The translations under genes and the position numbers were made by a program. A stretch of DNA of 64,000 nucleotides from NCBI GenBank assembly GCA_045561495.1, contig JBJKXR010000036.1:521-64520 (forward strand). Direction: 5' to 3'. The stretch's first letter is position 1. The number at the start of each line of letters is the position of its first letter. This document shows, piece by piece, positions 1 to 9,497 of the stretch. The notes under the pieces are model-generated. The model was not told where the DNA came from and did not search any database. It saw only the letters and a list, made by a program, of their open reading frames with translations. The DNA is from Flavobacteriales bacterium. Lineage in GTDB: Bacteria > Bacteroidota > Bacteroidia > Flavobacteriales_C > GCA-002722245.

Positions 1-14
1 TTGTACTTGTAAAC

Positions 15-1964
15 TTGCTTTTCTCTAATCCAAGTTATCAAACATTGGAGGAGGAATTGGATGAGTATATTATTTTGGGAGATGTCCAAAATCAAAACAT
101 TACCTATTGGAAATTAATTCAAAAGGATAGTACAATTATTTCTAATCATTTTAATTTTTTAAAAACATATTTTGAATTACCATTAGCTCAAAATGGAAGA
201 GGAAGAGGTGTTTTTATGGAGTATAATCAAGTTGTTGACTACTATCGACGGCTCCTAAGTAGTCCAGATTATAGAGTTCGGGATATTGGGAAGTTTGGAC
301 GAGGAATGTTCTTTTATCATACGGGTTATATAGAAGAGGCGCTTACAAGTTTCACAAATATATACAATCAAGAATTACCCTATTTAAATTATATATATGG
401 CAGTTATTTTAGGTTTGGACAGTATGAAAAATCAATAGAGTATTTGCAGCGGGAAATTTTCATAAATCCTCAGAGCAAAGATTCTTATAAAGAGCTTGCG
501 AATACTTACCTATTAATGGAGGAGCCTTTTAAATTGGATAGTTTACTTCTTGATTCCGTTTCTTTTGAGCATGCTAGTAATAGTGCAAAACGATATGCTT
601 ATTTCAAAACAAAAAATATAAAGGCGTACTCCAATGCTATTTTTAGCAGATTTTTTAAGGGATTCAATGCATATGGTTTGCTTGGCGCTTTGTTGATACT
701 AATTGTATGGTTTGTTTATTTACTGTTTATTCATAAATTTTTAAAGAAGAGATGGGGAACAGCAATGCTAATACTTTTTTTAGGTATGATATTCGCTTTT
801 GGGACATCCTTGCTCACCGATTTTAATTCATACATACTTGGTTATCGGTTGAAAGATGAATTCTTTAATGATTTTATTTACTGTATTCTCGGTATTGGAG
901 CTATTGAAGAATTAATGAAAATTATTCCTTTGTTTTTGGTGATGTTATTTAGTAAACAACTAAAAGAACCTATTGATTATGTTGTTTTTGCATCTATTTC
1001 TGCTTTAGGCTTTGCCTTTATTGAGAACTTGATATATTTTGACGAGGCAGGACTAAAAACCATACAGGGGCGATCTTTATCTTCCACTGTAACGCATATG
1101 TTTAATTCCTCCTTAATTGCCTATGGAATTGCGATTGGGAAATTTGCTAAAAAGAGAAATTGGGGTTGGTATTGTTTGTTTTTCTATGCCTTAGCTTCCA
1201 TTTTTCATGGTTTTTATGATTTTTGGTTAATCAACAGTTTAGCTCGAATATTTAGTTTTATAACGTTTATATGGCTATTGGTGAGCATGGTTGTATGGGT
1301 TTCAGTGATTAATAATTGTTTGAATAATAGTTATAACCGGAGTATTATTTGGACATACAATCCCGAAAAATTAAACAGCTATTTACTATTTGGATTATCA
1401 GCGATTTTTTTGTTGGAATATGTTTTAGTCGCTTGGCGATTTAATGCCGATATAGCTAATGCCGAATTAAAAAAGGATTTATCATCCGGATTTTTCTTAC
1501 TGATTTTTTTAACAGCAAAACTCAGTAAGTTTGATGTTATTCCTAATTATTGGGCTCCTTTAAAGTTTTGGGATTGGAATACATTATTTAGTATACCAAG
1601 GGTTGAACCTCAAAAATTTAATTTACAAGAAATAATTGGATTGAAAATTGAGTTGAGAAATTATGGTGATTATGGCGTTTTAAGTGGTCATTTACCAATA
1701 CGTGGAGAGGTTGTAAAAAGAGAGTTGTTGTCCTGGGAAAAAGATTGGTATTTGATAAAATTGGATGAACCTTTAAAAGTGGCTTGGAAAAAGCAACATT
1801 TTATTCTTTTGAAAACCAAAGATGAAAATGAAATTTTTTTAAAACGAAATGCTCAACCAGTTCAGGTTCGGCTAGTGAACAAAATTGACGATCTTGCAAA
1901 AGCAAGAAAAAGAAAAAGAGATTTCCTTTTTGTTGATTTGGGCTTGGTTTCAAAGTTGGAATAA
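15..1964 (+). CDS. PrsW-family intramembrane metalloprotease with N-terminal soluble (TPR-like) region; start codon uncertain (TTG at 15 or a downstream ATG)
   Basis: Multi-TM protein with PrsW signature motifs: AIEELMK (EExxK), FAFIENLIYF (FxxxE), two His motifs (HMFNSS, HGFYDFW). Frame opens just after a TAA at 10-12. Confidence 0.55.
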   Translation: MLFSNPSYQTLEEELDEYIILGDVQNQNITYWKLIQKDSTIISNHFNFLKTYFELPLAQNGRGRGVFMEYNQVVDYYRRLLSSPDYRVRDIGKFGRGMFFYHTGYIEEALTSFTNIYNQELPYLNYIYGSYFRFGQYEKSIEYLQREIFINPQSKDSYKELANTYLLMEEPFKLDSLLLDSVSFEHASNSAKRYAYFKTKNIKAYSNAIFSRFFKGFNAYGLLGALLILIVWFVYLLFIHKFLKKRWGTAMLILFLGMIFAFGTSLLTDFNSYILGYRLKDEFFNDFIYCILGIGAIEELMKIIPLFLVMLFSKQLKEPIDYVVFASISALGFAFIENLIYFDEAGLKTIQGRSLSSTVTHMFNSSLIAYGIAIGKFAKKRNWGWYCLFFYALASIFHGFYDFWLINSLARIFSFITFIWLLVSMVVWVSVINNCLNNSYNRSIIWTYNPEKLNSYLLFGLSAIFLLEYVLVAWRFNADIANAELKKDLSSGFFLLIFLTAKLSKFDVIPNYWAPLKFWDWNTLFSIPRVEPQKFNLQEIIGLKIELRNYGDYGVLSGHLPIRGEVVKRELLSWEKDWYLIKLDEPLKVAWKKQHFILLKTKDENEIFLKRNAQPVQVRLVNKIDDLAKARKRKRDFLFVDLGLVSKLE

Positions 1965-2026
1965 TTTTTTTTAACCTCTAATCCTTTGATTTTCATTAGG
2001 TTTTATTGAGTTGGTAAAAAGAATAG

Positions 2027-2057
2027 TTGACAGGTAAGCTAATCTCTATTATTTTTG
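2027..2057 (+). promoter_or_regulatory. Putative Bacteroidota sigma-A promoter (-33 TTGaca at 2027, -7 TATTTTTG at 2050) upstream of small ORF
   Basis: TTGACA at 2027-2032 and a TAnnTTTG match (TATTTTTG) at 2050-2057, ~20-nt spacer. Lies ahead of ATG 2073. Confidence 0.3.
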
Positions 2058-2072
2058 GTAAAAACCCTTGCG

Positions 2073-2282
2073 ATGAGTATTAATAACACTGCCGAATACT
2101 TGAAAATACTAGATGAGATAGCTGAATTTATTGATAAAGATAATTTAACAATAAACGAAATAAGAATTTTAAATCTTAAGAAACTCGCGGTTCGTAAATA
2201 TGAGATGCAAGAGGTTGCCAAGTATCCAGCAGAACTATCTCTGCTTGATGATTTTCAAAAAAATAAGTTCCTTCTCAATTAA
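2073..2282 (+). CDS. small hypothetical protein (~70 aa; ORF track starts it at TTG 2055)
   Basis: Open frame with ATG at 2073 downstream of promoter-like motif. No recognisable domain. Confidence 0.3.
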   Translation: MSINNTAEYLKILDEIAEFIDKDNLTINEIRILNLKKLAVRKYEMQEVAKYPAELSLLDDFQKNKFLLN

Positions 2283-2418
2283 TAGTTATTTTGTTTCAAA
2301 TATTGCATCAGCAAGATTAGTTCAATTTTGAAATATCCACATTAATTGTATTAAAACTATTTCACTTCTTCTCAAAACCATGAATTGTTTTCTTTTAATT
2401 TGAAAAAAAGAGAGCTAC

Positions 2419-3909
2419 ATGACTGGAACAATCGCATTAGTTATTATTTTAATATATTTCGGAATACTTATCTGCATATCTTATTTCACTTCCTTAAACA
2501 GTACTAAAAAATCTTTTTTCACTGGAGATCGACAATCACCTTGGTTTCTAGTCGCTTTTGGAATGATTGGAGCAACCTTATCGGGAATAACCTTTATTTC
2601 TATCCCCGGTTCAGTTTATGGAAAAGGCATGCAGTATATGCCAATGGTAATTGGGTTTTTCTTGGGTTATTTTGTGGTTTCATACGTGCTTATCCCAATT
2701 TACTATAAATACAACCTAACATCAATTTACACCTATTTACGGGATCGGTTTGGTTTTTTCTCATTTAAAACAGGAGCAGTTTCTTTTTTGATTTCACGAA
2801 TTATTGGAGCTTCGTTACGACTTTATTTAGTTGCAGAAGTATTGGATATTTTTCTCTTTGAACCAACTGGAATTCCCTATTCCTTAGGCGTTTTAATGAC
2901 CATTCTCTTGATTTGGGTATATACTTTTAAAAGCGGTATAAAAACTATTGTGTGGACGGATACCTTACAAACGGCCGCGATTTTATTAGCTGCTGGAGCT
3001 ACTATATATTACCTGGCCGACGTAAACGGAGAAGGTGTTTCTGGTTTGTGGGAAATGGCTACCAGCAGTGACCTGTATAATTTCAAAGGAGGTAAGCTAA
3101 AAGAAGGCAATGTTTGGCTAGGTGTGTTTAATGGAATTGTTTTCACAATTGCTATGGCTGGTCTCGATCAGGACATCATGCAAAAGAACCTTACATGTAA
3201 AAACAGAAAGGAAGCTCAAAAAAACTTAACCTGGTTTAGTATTGTTTTAGTACCCATTAATTTTGTGTTTTTAATCCTCGGAATATTACTTTTTGAAACC
3301 TACATGGGAACAGGTGATTTATCCGTTGTTGTGCAAGAGGCTAAAGCTACTTACAGCTTAGCAATCGAAGGTCAAATGACTGAAGTTGCTCCCGATCAAA
3401 TTTATCCATCATTAGCAAAAAATGGATACTTTCCATTGTGGTTAAGTGGGACGTTCTTAATTGGGTTAATCGCTGCTGCGTATTCTAGCGCGGATTCAGC
3501 GCTAACATCCTTAACAACCAGTGTATGTATTGATATTGTAGAGCGAGAAGATAAGAAAACTAGAATATTCGTTCATGTTTTAATGAGCGTAATTCTTTTT
3601 GGAGTAGTTATGGTTTTTAAAGCAATTGACAAGGATAGTATTATTTGGGAACTCTTTAAATGGACCAGTTTTACCTATGGGCCACTCTTAGGCTTGTATG
3701 GAATCGGAATTTTATCGAAAATTCAAATCAGAGATAAGGCGGTTCCATTTATTGCTGTTTTTAGCGCTGTTTCAAGTTATTTCTTAGCGGCCTACTTAAG
3801 TTTAGGATTTGAAATTTTAGCCATCAATGGAGCTATTACGGCAATAGGATTACTGGTGTTTAAAAAAAGGAATAAATACAATTTAGATACGGATATACTA
3901 GACGATTAA
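2419..3909 (+). CDS. sodium:solute symporter (SSF) family transporter
   Basis: 496 aa, ~13 TM segments. N-terminal GDRQxPWFLVAFGMIGATLSGITFISIPG region is typical of SSF/SGLT family. Confidence 0.75.
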   Translation: MTGTIALVIILIYFGILICISYFTSLNSTKKSFFTGDRQSPWFLVAFGMIGATLSGITFISIPGSVYGKGMQYMPMVIGFFLGYFVVSYVLIPIYYKYNLTSIYTYLRDRFGFFSFKTGAVSFLISRIIGASLRLYLVAEVLDIFLFEPTGIPYSLGVLMTILLIWVYTFKSGIKTIVWTDTLQTAAILLAAGATIYYLADVNGEGVSGLWEMATSSDLYNFKGGKLKEGNVWLGVFNGIVFTIAMAGLDQDIMQKNLTCKNRKEAQKNLTWFSIVLVPINFVFLILGILLFETYMGTGDLSVVVQEAKATYSLAIEGQMTEVAPDQIYPSLAKNGYFPLWLSGTFLIGLIAAAYSSADSALTSLTTSVCIDIVEREDKKTRIFVHVLMSVILFGVVMVFKAIDKDSIIWELFKWTSFTYGPLLGLYGIGILSKIQIRDKAVPFIAVFSAVSSYFLAAYLSLGFEILAINGAITAIGLLVFKKRNKYNLDTDILDD

Positions 3910-3983
3910 GATTTTTACTTTGTAAGCTCAAAACAAATAAATTCTAAAAACAATAATTTAGCTAAGTATACTGTTTACTAGAA

Positions 3984-4481
3984 ATGAGGATAGTTGTCTT
4001 TCTTATTTCCATTTTTCTTCTTTTTGGTTCCTTATACGTTGAACGCATTAAAAAAATTAAAGCCGATGAAATAATAGTGCTTAAGTCAAAGCGAAAACTT
4101 CAACTTTGTTTTAAAGGAGTAAAAATGAAACAATATTCAATCTCTTTAGGAGGAAATCCGAATGGTCACAAACAATTCGAAGGAGATCAAAAAACACCCG
4201 AAGGATACTATTTCATTGATGGGAAAAATCCCAATAGCAAGTACTATAAAAACTTAGGAATATCGTATCCAAATGTAGAGGATAAAGCTTTTGCACGTTC
4301 AAAAGGTAAAAATCCAGGAGGTGCAATTAAAATTCACGGGTTACCAAATAACAAACCTTGGTTAGGTAAACTCCATTTGCTAAAAGACTGGACACATGGT
4401 TGTATTGCAGTTACTAATAAACAGATGGATGAGATTTATAGGAGTATCGATATCGGAACAAAAATTACTATACTACCTTGA
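3984..4481 (+). CDS. L,D-transpeptidase (YkuD domain) protein
   Basis: N-terminal TM/signal. Conserved YkuD catalytic segment ...IHGLPNN...HGCIAVTNKQMDEIY with His/Cys. Confidence 0.65.
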   Translation: MRIVVFLISIFLLFGSLYVERIKKIKADEIIVLKSKRKLQLCFKGVKMKQYSISLGGNPNGHKQFEGDQKTPEGYYFIDGKNPNSKYYKNLGISYPNVEDKAFARSKGKNPGGAIKIHGLPNNKPWLGKLHLLKDWTHGCIAVTNKQMDEIYRSIDIGTKITILP

Positions 4482-4486
4482 TTTTT

Positions 4487-5296
4487 TTAAATAATCGCCT
4501 TACGAACCCTCAAAAGCTCTTCTAATAAACCTTTAAGCTTATTCAGTTGAAGCATATTTGCACCGTCTGATTTGGCTTCTGATGGGTTGGGATGTGTTTC
4601 TATAAATAATCCATCAGCACCAGTTGCAATAGCTGCTTTTCCTATGGTTGAAATCAACTCTGGTTTCCCTCCTGTTACGCCACTTGTTTGGTTGGGTTGT
4701 TGGAGAGAGTGCGTAATATCCATTACTACAGGGGCGTACTTTTTCATAACTGGAATGCTTCTAAAGTCAACCACTAAATCTTGGTAACCAAAAGTGGTTC
4801 CTCTCTCTGTAATCCAAATATTATTATTTCCTGAATCCTTTATTTTATCAACGGCAAAACTCATGGCCTCTGGTCCAGCGAACTGACCTTTTTTAATACT
4901 TACCAGTTTTCCAGTTTTTGCTGCTGCAACCAACAAATCTGTTTGTCGGAATAAAAATGCCGGTATTTGAAGTACATCAACATATTTAGCCGCTAAAGCT
5001 GCATCTTCTGGGACATGAATATCGGTTATTGTTGGAATGTTGTACGTTTCACCAACTTTCTTTAAAATCTCCAAAGCCTTTTCATTGCCTATTCCTGTGA
5101 AAGAATCTAATCTTGAACGATTTGCTTTTTTGAAGGATCCTTTAAAAATATAGGGTATTTCCAATTCGTTCGTGATTTCAACAATTTCCCCAGCAATATC
5201 CATTGCCATTTGTTCTCCTTCAATAGCGCAAGGCCCTGAGATTAAGAAAAAGTTTTTTGAATCTTTGAAATTGATATTTGGTAGTGCGTGAAACAT
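4487..5296 (-). CDS. kdsA: 3-deoxy-8-phosphooctulonate (KDO-8-P) synthase
   Basis: Strong full-length similarity pattern from MFHALP... onward (FLISGPCAIE, IPYIFKGSFKKANRS, HPNP motifs). ORF track 4487..5341 includes a 15-codon N-terminal extension; likely start at 5296. Confidence 0.9.
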   Translation of the reverse strand: MFHALPNINFKDSKNFFLISGPCAIEGEQMAMDIAGEIVEITNELEIPYIFKGSFKKANRSRLDSFTGIGNEKALEILKKVGETYNIPTITDIHVPEDAALAAKYVDVLQIPAFLFRQTDLLVAAAKTGKLVSIKKGQFAGPEAMSFAVDKIKDSGNNNIWITERGTTFGYQDLVVDFRSIPVMKKYAPVVMDITHSLQQPNQTSGVTGGKPELISTIGKAAIATGADGLFIETHPNPSEAKSDGANMLQLNKLKGLLEELLRVRKAII

Positions 5297-5321
5297 CTTT
5301 TTTATTTTTAATTTACACCTA

Positions 5322-6521
5322 CTAGATAACTTGCAATACAAGCCCTTTCAGATAGTGGCTTTCGGCGTGATAAATATTAATGGGGTGATCGGCGGGTTGA
5401 GTTACTTGGTGCAAGACTCTTACTTTTCTGCCGGTTTGAATACAAGCAGCCATAATAGTGTTGTAAAACAATTTGGAGTCCACAACCTGTGAGCATGAGA
5501 AAGTAAACAATAATGCTCCTGGCTTCATTACCTGAAGAGCAGTTGCATTTAATCGTTTATATCCTTTTACAGCGTTGTGTTTAACATTTTGATGTTTTGC
5601 AAATGCTGGCGGGTCTAAAACAATTATATCGTATTTGGAGGCGTCATTTTGCTCAAAAAACTTAAATGTATCTGTCGCAAATGAGCCGTGCTTGTCTGTA
5701 AATCCGTTTAGCGCAACATTCTCATCGGTTAAATCAATTGCTCTGGCAGAGGCATCTACTGAATCAACGTGGGTTGCTCCGGCGTTTAATGCAGCTAATG
5801 AAAACCCTCCGGTGTAGCAAAATGTATTTAATACTGTTTTGCCTTTGGAATAAGATCCTAACAGGGCTCTGTTTTCTCGTTGATCGATAAAAAATCCGGT
5901 TTTTTGACCTTGTTCCCAGTCGATTTTAAATTGGCATCCATGTTCCAGTCCAATTGATGAATATCCTTCTGATTGATAGATGTAGTGGTCTTCAATTTGA
6001 ATAGGTCCATTTTTGGGAAGTGTATCTGAGCTTTTGTCAAAAATGGCTTTTAATGAGTCTTCATATACGTTTTTAAGCGCTGTAACAATATCTTCTTTTG
6101 CGTAATGCATGCCAATTGAGTGCGATTGAATTACTGCTGTCCCTGCATAGTAATCAATAATTAATCCAGGTAATCCGTCACCTTCCGCATGAATTAGTCG
6201 GTAAATATTGGTTTGCTCATTATTTGTTAAGTTCAATTGAGCCCTTAAATCATAAGCTTCCTGGATTCTTTGAGTCCAAAACGACTCATTGATTTCTTCT
6301 TCCTTAAAGGTTAGGATTCGAACCATGATTGATCCGTTTTGGTAATGTCCTACACCTAAAAAGTTTCCTTTGTTATCGGTTACTTTAACAATATCTCCCT
6401 CTTGAGGTTCGGACTCTCTACCTTCTTGGGTTTTTATTTTTTTAATAGCACCGGAGAAAACCCATGGGTGAAATCGTCGAACAGAGGCATCTTTACCTGA
6501 TTTAAGTATTACTTGAAACAT
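5322..6521 (-). CDS. rlmI: 23S rRNA (cytosine-C5) methyltransferase RlmI-like, PUA + class I SAM MTase
   Basis: N-terminal PUA-like region (RRFHPWVFSGAIKK). MTase motifs (VLNTFCYTGGFS, DPPAF). Confidence 0.75.
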   Translation of the reverse strand: MFQVILKSGKDASVRRFHPWVFSGAIKKIKTQEGRESEPQEGDIVKVTDNKGNFLGVGHYQNGSIMVRILTFKEEEINESFWTQRIQEAYDLRAQLNLTNNEQTNIYRLIHAEGDGLPGLIIDYYAGTAVIQSHSIGMHYAKEDIVTALKNVYEDSLKAIFDKSSDTLPKNGPIQIEDHYIYQSEGYSSIGLEHGCQFKIDWEQGQKTGFFIDQRENRALLGSYSKGKTVLNTFCYTGGFSLAALNAGATHVDSVDASARAIDLTDENVALNGFTDKHGSFATDTFKFFEQNDASKYDIIVLDPPAFAKHQNVKHNAVKGYKRLNATALQVMKPGALLFTFSCSQVVDSKLFYNTIMAACIQTGRKVRVLHQVTQPADHPINIYHAESHYLKGLVLQVI

Positions 6522-6629
6522 CCTGTAAAGATAGTATTACTTAGCTACTTATCCTTTTGAGACAAAATATTGTTTTTAAAAATTTGAGAATAAAGTTCAA
6601 TAAATCAACTTATCAATTAATTTTGTTAC

Positions 6630-7136
6630 ATGGTAAAAAAGATTTTAGGTTACGGATTTTTAATTATCGTAGCTTTTTTTGTTGCAATAGTTGCGATTCC
6701 ATCAACGATTTCTCCCTCAGTAACTAAAGAGGTTAAAGGAAGCCCATTGCAGGTTCAAACTCTATTAAGCGATATTCAAAAGTTTAGATTGTGGGATCCG
6801 AAAATCATTTCAGATCCAAGTGTTTCCTATAACTTTTATTTAGAAAATAATATACAGTCTTTGCAGGTTAAGGATTCTCTAAACAATATAATTGCTACAT
6901 ATAAGGTAGAAAAGTCAAATCCAAAAGAAGTTCAAATAAGTGTTAACATTTCAAGTATTGACGCGTTTTTGTATACATTTAAAATCAATCAAACAGATTT
7001 GGGTACAAAAGTGAATTGGAGTATGGATTTTGAAAGTAATTTGATGATGTATATGCTTGGTGCTGAAAGTAAACTTGAAAATATGTTTTCTGAAGGTTTA
7101 GATTCTTTTCAAAAAACATTGACTAACAATTTATAG
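6630..7136 (+). CDS. hypothetical membrane-anchored protein (possibly SRPBCC-fold)
   Basis: N-terminal TM helix. No clear motif. Confidence 0.3.
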   Translation: MVKKILGYGFLIIVAFFVAIVAIPSTISPSVTKEVKGSPLQVQTLLSDIQKFRLWDPKIISDPSVSYNFYLENNIQSLQVKDSLNNIIATYKVEKSNPKEVQISVNISSIDAFLYTFKINQTDLGTKVNWSMDFESNLMMYMLGAESKLENMFSEGLDSFQKTLTNNL

Positions 7137-7220
7137 TTTAAAAATTTCGTTACTACTTATACTGAAAGGAGATATTAATTTTTATTTTTTAAAATTAATT
7201 TTGCTTTTTAGATTCGATAT

Positions 7221-8397
7221 ATGAAGTTGCTTTTAACTATTCTTATTTTTACCTCATCTATTTCATTTGCTCAAAATTGGTTAACCGTAAAAGCCAAGTC
7301 AGGGGATAACAGAATTTTATTACTAAAGAAATATTCAATTTCAGATCAATGTAGTAAAAATAAGTTTTTGGAGCTTAATGCACTTAAGTCCAAGGACTTT
7401 TTAATCAAGGGAAAAGCCTACAAATTGCCCATAAAAGTATACAAATACAATGGGACAAGTATACGGTCAACAATTGGAATTGAAAATTACAATCAAGCAA
7501 AAAGTATTCAAGTTTGGAACGAGAAAATAGCAAAAGCTAGAATTAAGAGTAAAGTGTATACTTCTGGGGGTAAATTATGGGTGCCTCAGTACTTGATTGA
7601 TTGTTTCAATAAAGAAGTAAATCATTCAACAAAAGAAAAGGGATTAAAGATTATTTCATCAAAAACAGTTACTCACGAAATTTTTGGGGAGAAATACAAA
7701 GACGTAAAAATTGTCTCTAATAGACTAAAGGGTAGGGTTTATTATTTGGTAAGTGGGCATGGGGGGGCCTGATCCTGGTGCAGTAGGGACATGCCAAGGT
7801 AAGTCTATTTGTGAAGACGAATACGCATATGATATAACCTTAAGACTAGGGAGGAAACTTGTGGAACAGGGCGCTATCGTTTATATGATTGTTCGAGATA
7901 ATAATGATGGAATACGAGATGTTTCTTTGTTAAACTGCGATAAAGATGAGGTGACTTATCCTAAGAAGAAAATACCACTGAACCAAGTTAAAAGGTTGAA
8001 TCAGAGAGCTAATGCCATTAATGTTTTGTACAAAAAGCATAAAAAACAGGGCGTTACTTATCAAAGAATGATAATTATGCATATTGATTCTCGAAACATA
8101 GGGAGCAGAGTAGACATGTTTTTTTATTATTATGCAAAGAGCAAAACAGGTAAAAAAGTTGCTAAAACCATGTATTCAACCGTAAAGTCTAAGTATGATA
8201 GATACCAAAAGGGAAGAGGGTATAAGGGAACTGTAAAGCCTAGGAATTTACATATGTTAAGAGAAGCCTTACCCACAGGTGTTTACATAGAACTGGGGAA
8301 TATTCAAAACTCAAAAGATCAAAAACGCTTTACGGTTGTTGACAATAGAGATGCTGTTGCAAAATGGTTTCTAGAAGCGTTGCTAAAAAAACCATGA
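7221..8397 (+). pseudogene. N-acetylmuramoyl-L-alanine amidase (Amidase_3 family), interrupted by a +1 frameshift in a G7 homopolymer at ~7760-7766
   Basis: ORF 7221..7772 ends ...LVSGHGGA*; ORF 7753..8397 begins MGMGGPDPGAVG. Removing one G restores the canonical Amidase_3 motif SGHGGPDPGA. Downstream Glu/His-containing catalytic region is present. Confidence 0.7.
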
Positions 8398-8486
8398 TTT
8401 TCTCGTAACTAATTGATAGTTATTTCGTTAAAGGAAGTGTGTGGCTCTGCGCAGTTTGTAGGTGTGATGTAACTAAAACTTACGGG

Positions 8487-8894
8487 ATGAATAATTTAAA
8501 TTATGACCAAAAGTTGAGTTTGCTTCATAGTTTACTGACTCTAATACGGGTTGACAATATTGAGTCAGAGAACGAAGTAGATTTTATTTATCAGCTTGGT
8601 AAAAAATTAAGTGTTAAAAAAGAGGATATAAATGGTCTTGTTAACAAGACCTTAGAGTTTTATCCTCCAAAAGCCGAGCATCAAAGGATTGTACTTTTCT
8701 ATACTTTTTTGTTGGTTATGAAAATTGATGGCGTTCTTTCTCAGAATGAGTTAAAAATGTGCAGTGATATTGGGTTTAAACTAGGTTTAAATCCTTTTGC
8801 AGTGAAAAATTTGTTGGATACAATGTTTGCAAATCCCGAAAAGAAAGTGCCTGCAATTGATGTTATCAATTTCTTTAAATTATACCACAACTAG
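8487..8894 (+). CDS. TerB-family (tellurite-resistance TerB-like) protein
   Basis: Two repeats of the TerB ADGxxxxxE motif (RVDNIESENEVDFI; KIDGVLSQNELKMC). ~135 aa from internal ATG. Confidence 0.45.
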   Translation: MNNLNYDQKLSLLHSLLTLIRVDNIESENEVDFIYQLGKKLSVKKEDINGLVNKTLEFYPPKAEHQRIVLFYTFLLVMKIDGVLSQNELKMCSDIGFKLGLNPFAVKNLLDTMFANPEKKVPAIDVINFFKLYHN

Positions 8895-8998
8895 TCAATA
8901 TTTAAATCGATTTAAGGTTTCTTTTTTTGATGAAACTTTTAATTTTTTCTGATAGAAATTATATTTATTTTTTCTAAAAGCTTTGCTATCTTTAGAGT

Positions 8999-9241
8999 AT
9001 GAGGGTTTTTTCTTGGGTTTTTATATTAAGCATTAAAATTTATCAGGGGATGATTAGCCCATGGTTTCCTTCCTCATGCCGTCACAAACCAACATGCTCG
9101 AGTTATACCATTCAAGCTATAAAGATATGGGGCCCATTTAAAGGTGTTTGGTTGGGGATAAAAAGATTATCAAAATGCCATCCAATGGGAACATCAGGTT
9201 ATGATCCTGTGCCAGAGAAAGAGAAAAAATCAGCCGTATAG
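8999..9241 (+). CDS. yidD: membrane protein insertion efficiency factor YidD
   Basis: 80 aa with typical YidD sequence ...YQGMISPWFPSSCRHKPTCSSYTIQAIKIWGPFKGVWLGIKRLSKCHP... Confidence 0.85.
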   Translation: MRVFSWVFILSIKIYQGMISPWFPSSCRHKPTCSSYTIQAIKIWGPFKGVWLGIKRLSKCHPMGTSGYDPVPEKEKKSAV

Positions 9242-9497
9242 TATGACTTTTTGTTGATGAAAATAAAGTGGCTTTATCCATCGAAGTATTCTTGTTATTT
9301 ATCATTGTTTATATAGTTATGTTCTAATGGTATTCAAATAAAAGGTAGCTCAGGTTTGATTTTTTCACCGATAAATATTAAATTTAAAGGTGACCCGAAG
9401 GAAAAACTGCCTTATTGCCAAATAATTTTTCCCAGTCACATTTTATTTCTAAATTACTGATTGCTAAATGTTTATGTTTTAGCTCAACACTGTTATT

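Noticed and set aside
2039-2221. Minus-strand 60-aa ORF overlapping the 2073..2282 plus-strand small ORF
   Set aside because: The plus-strand ORF has a promoter-like TTGACA/TATTTTTG motif pair upstream and a more protein-like composition. The minus ORF is probably spurious, although neither is well supported.
4572-4787. 71-aa plus-strand ORF
   Set aside because: Antisense within kdsA; no independent support.
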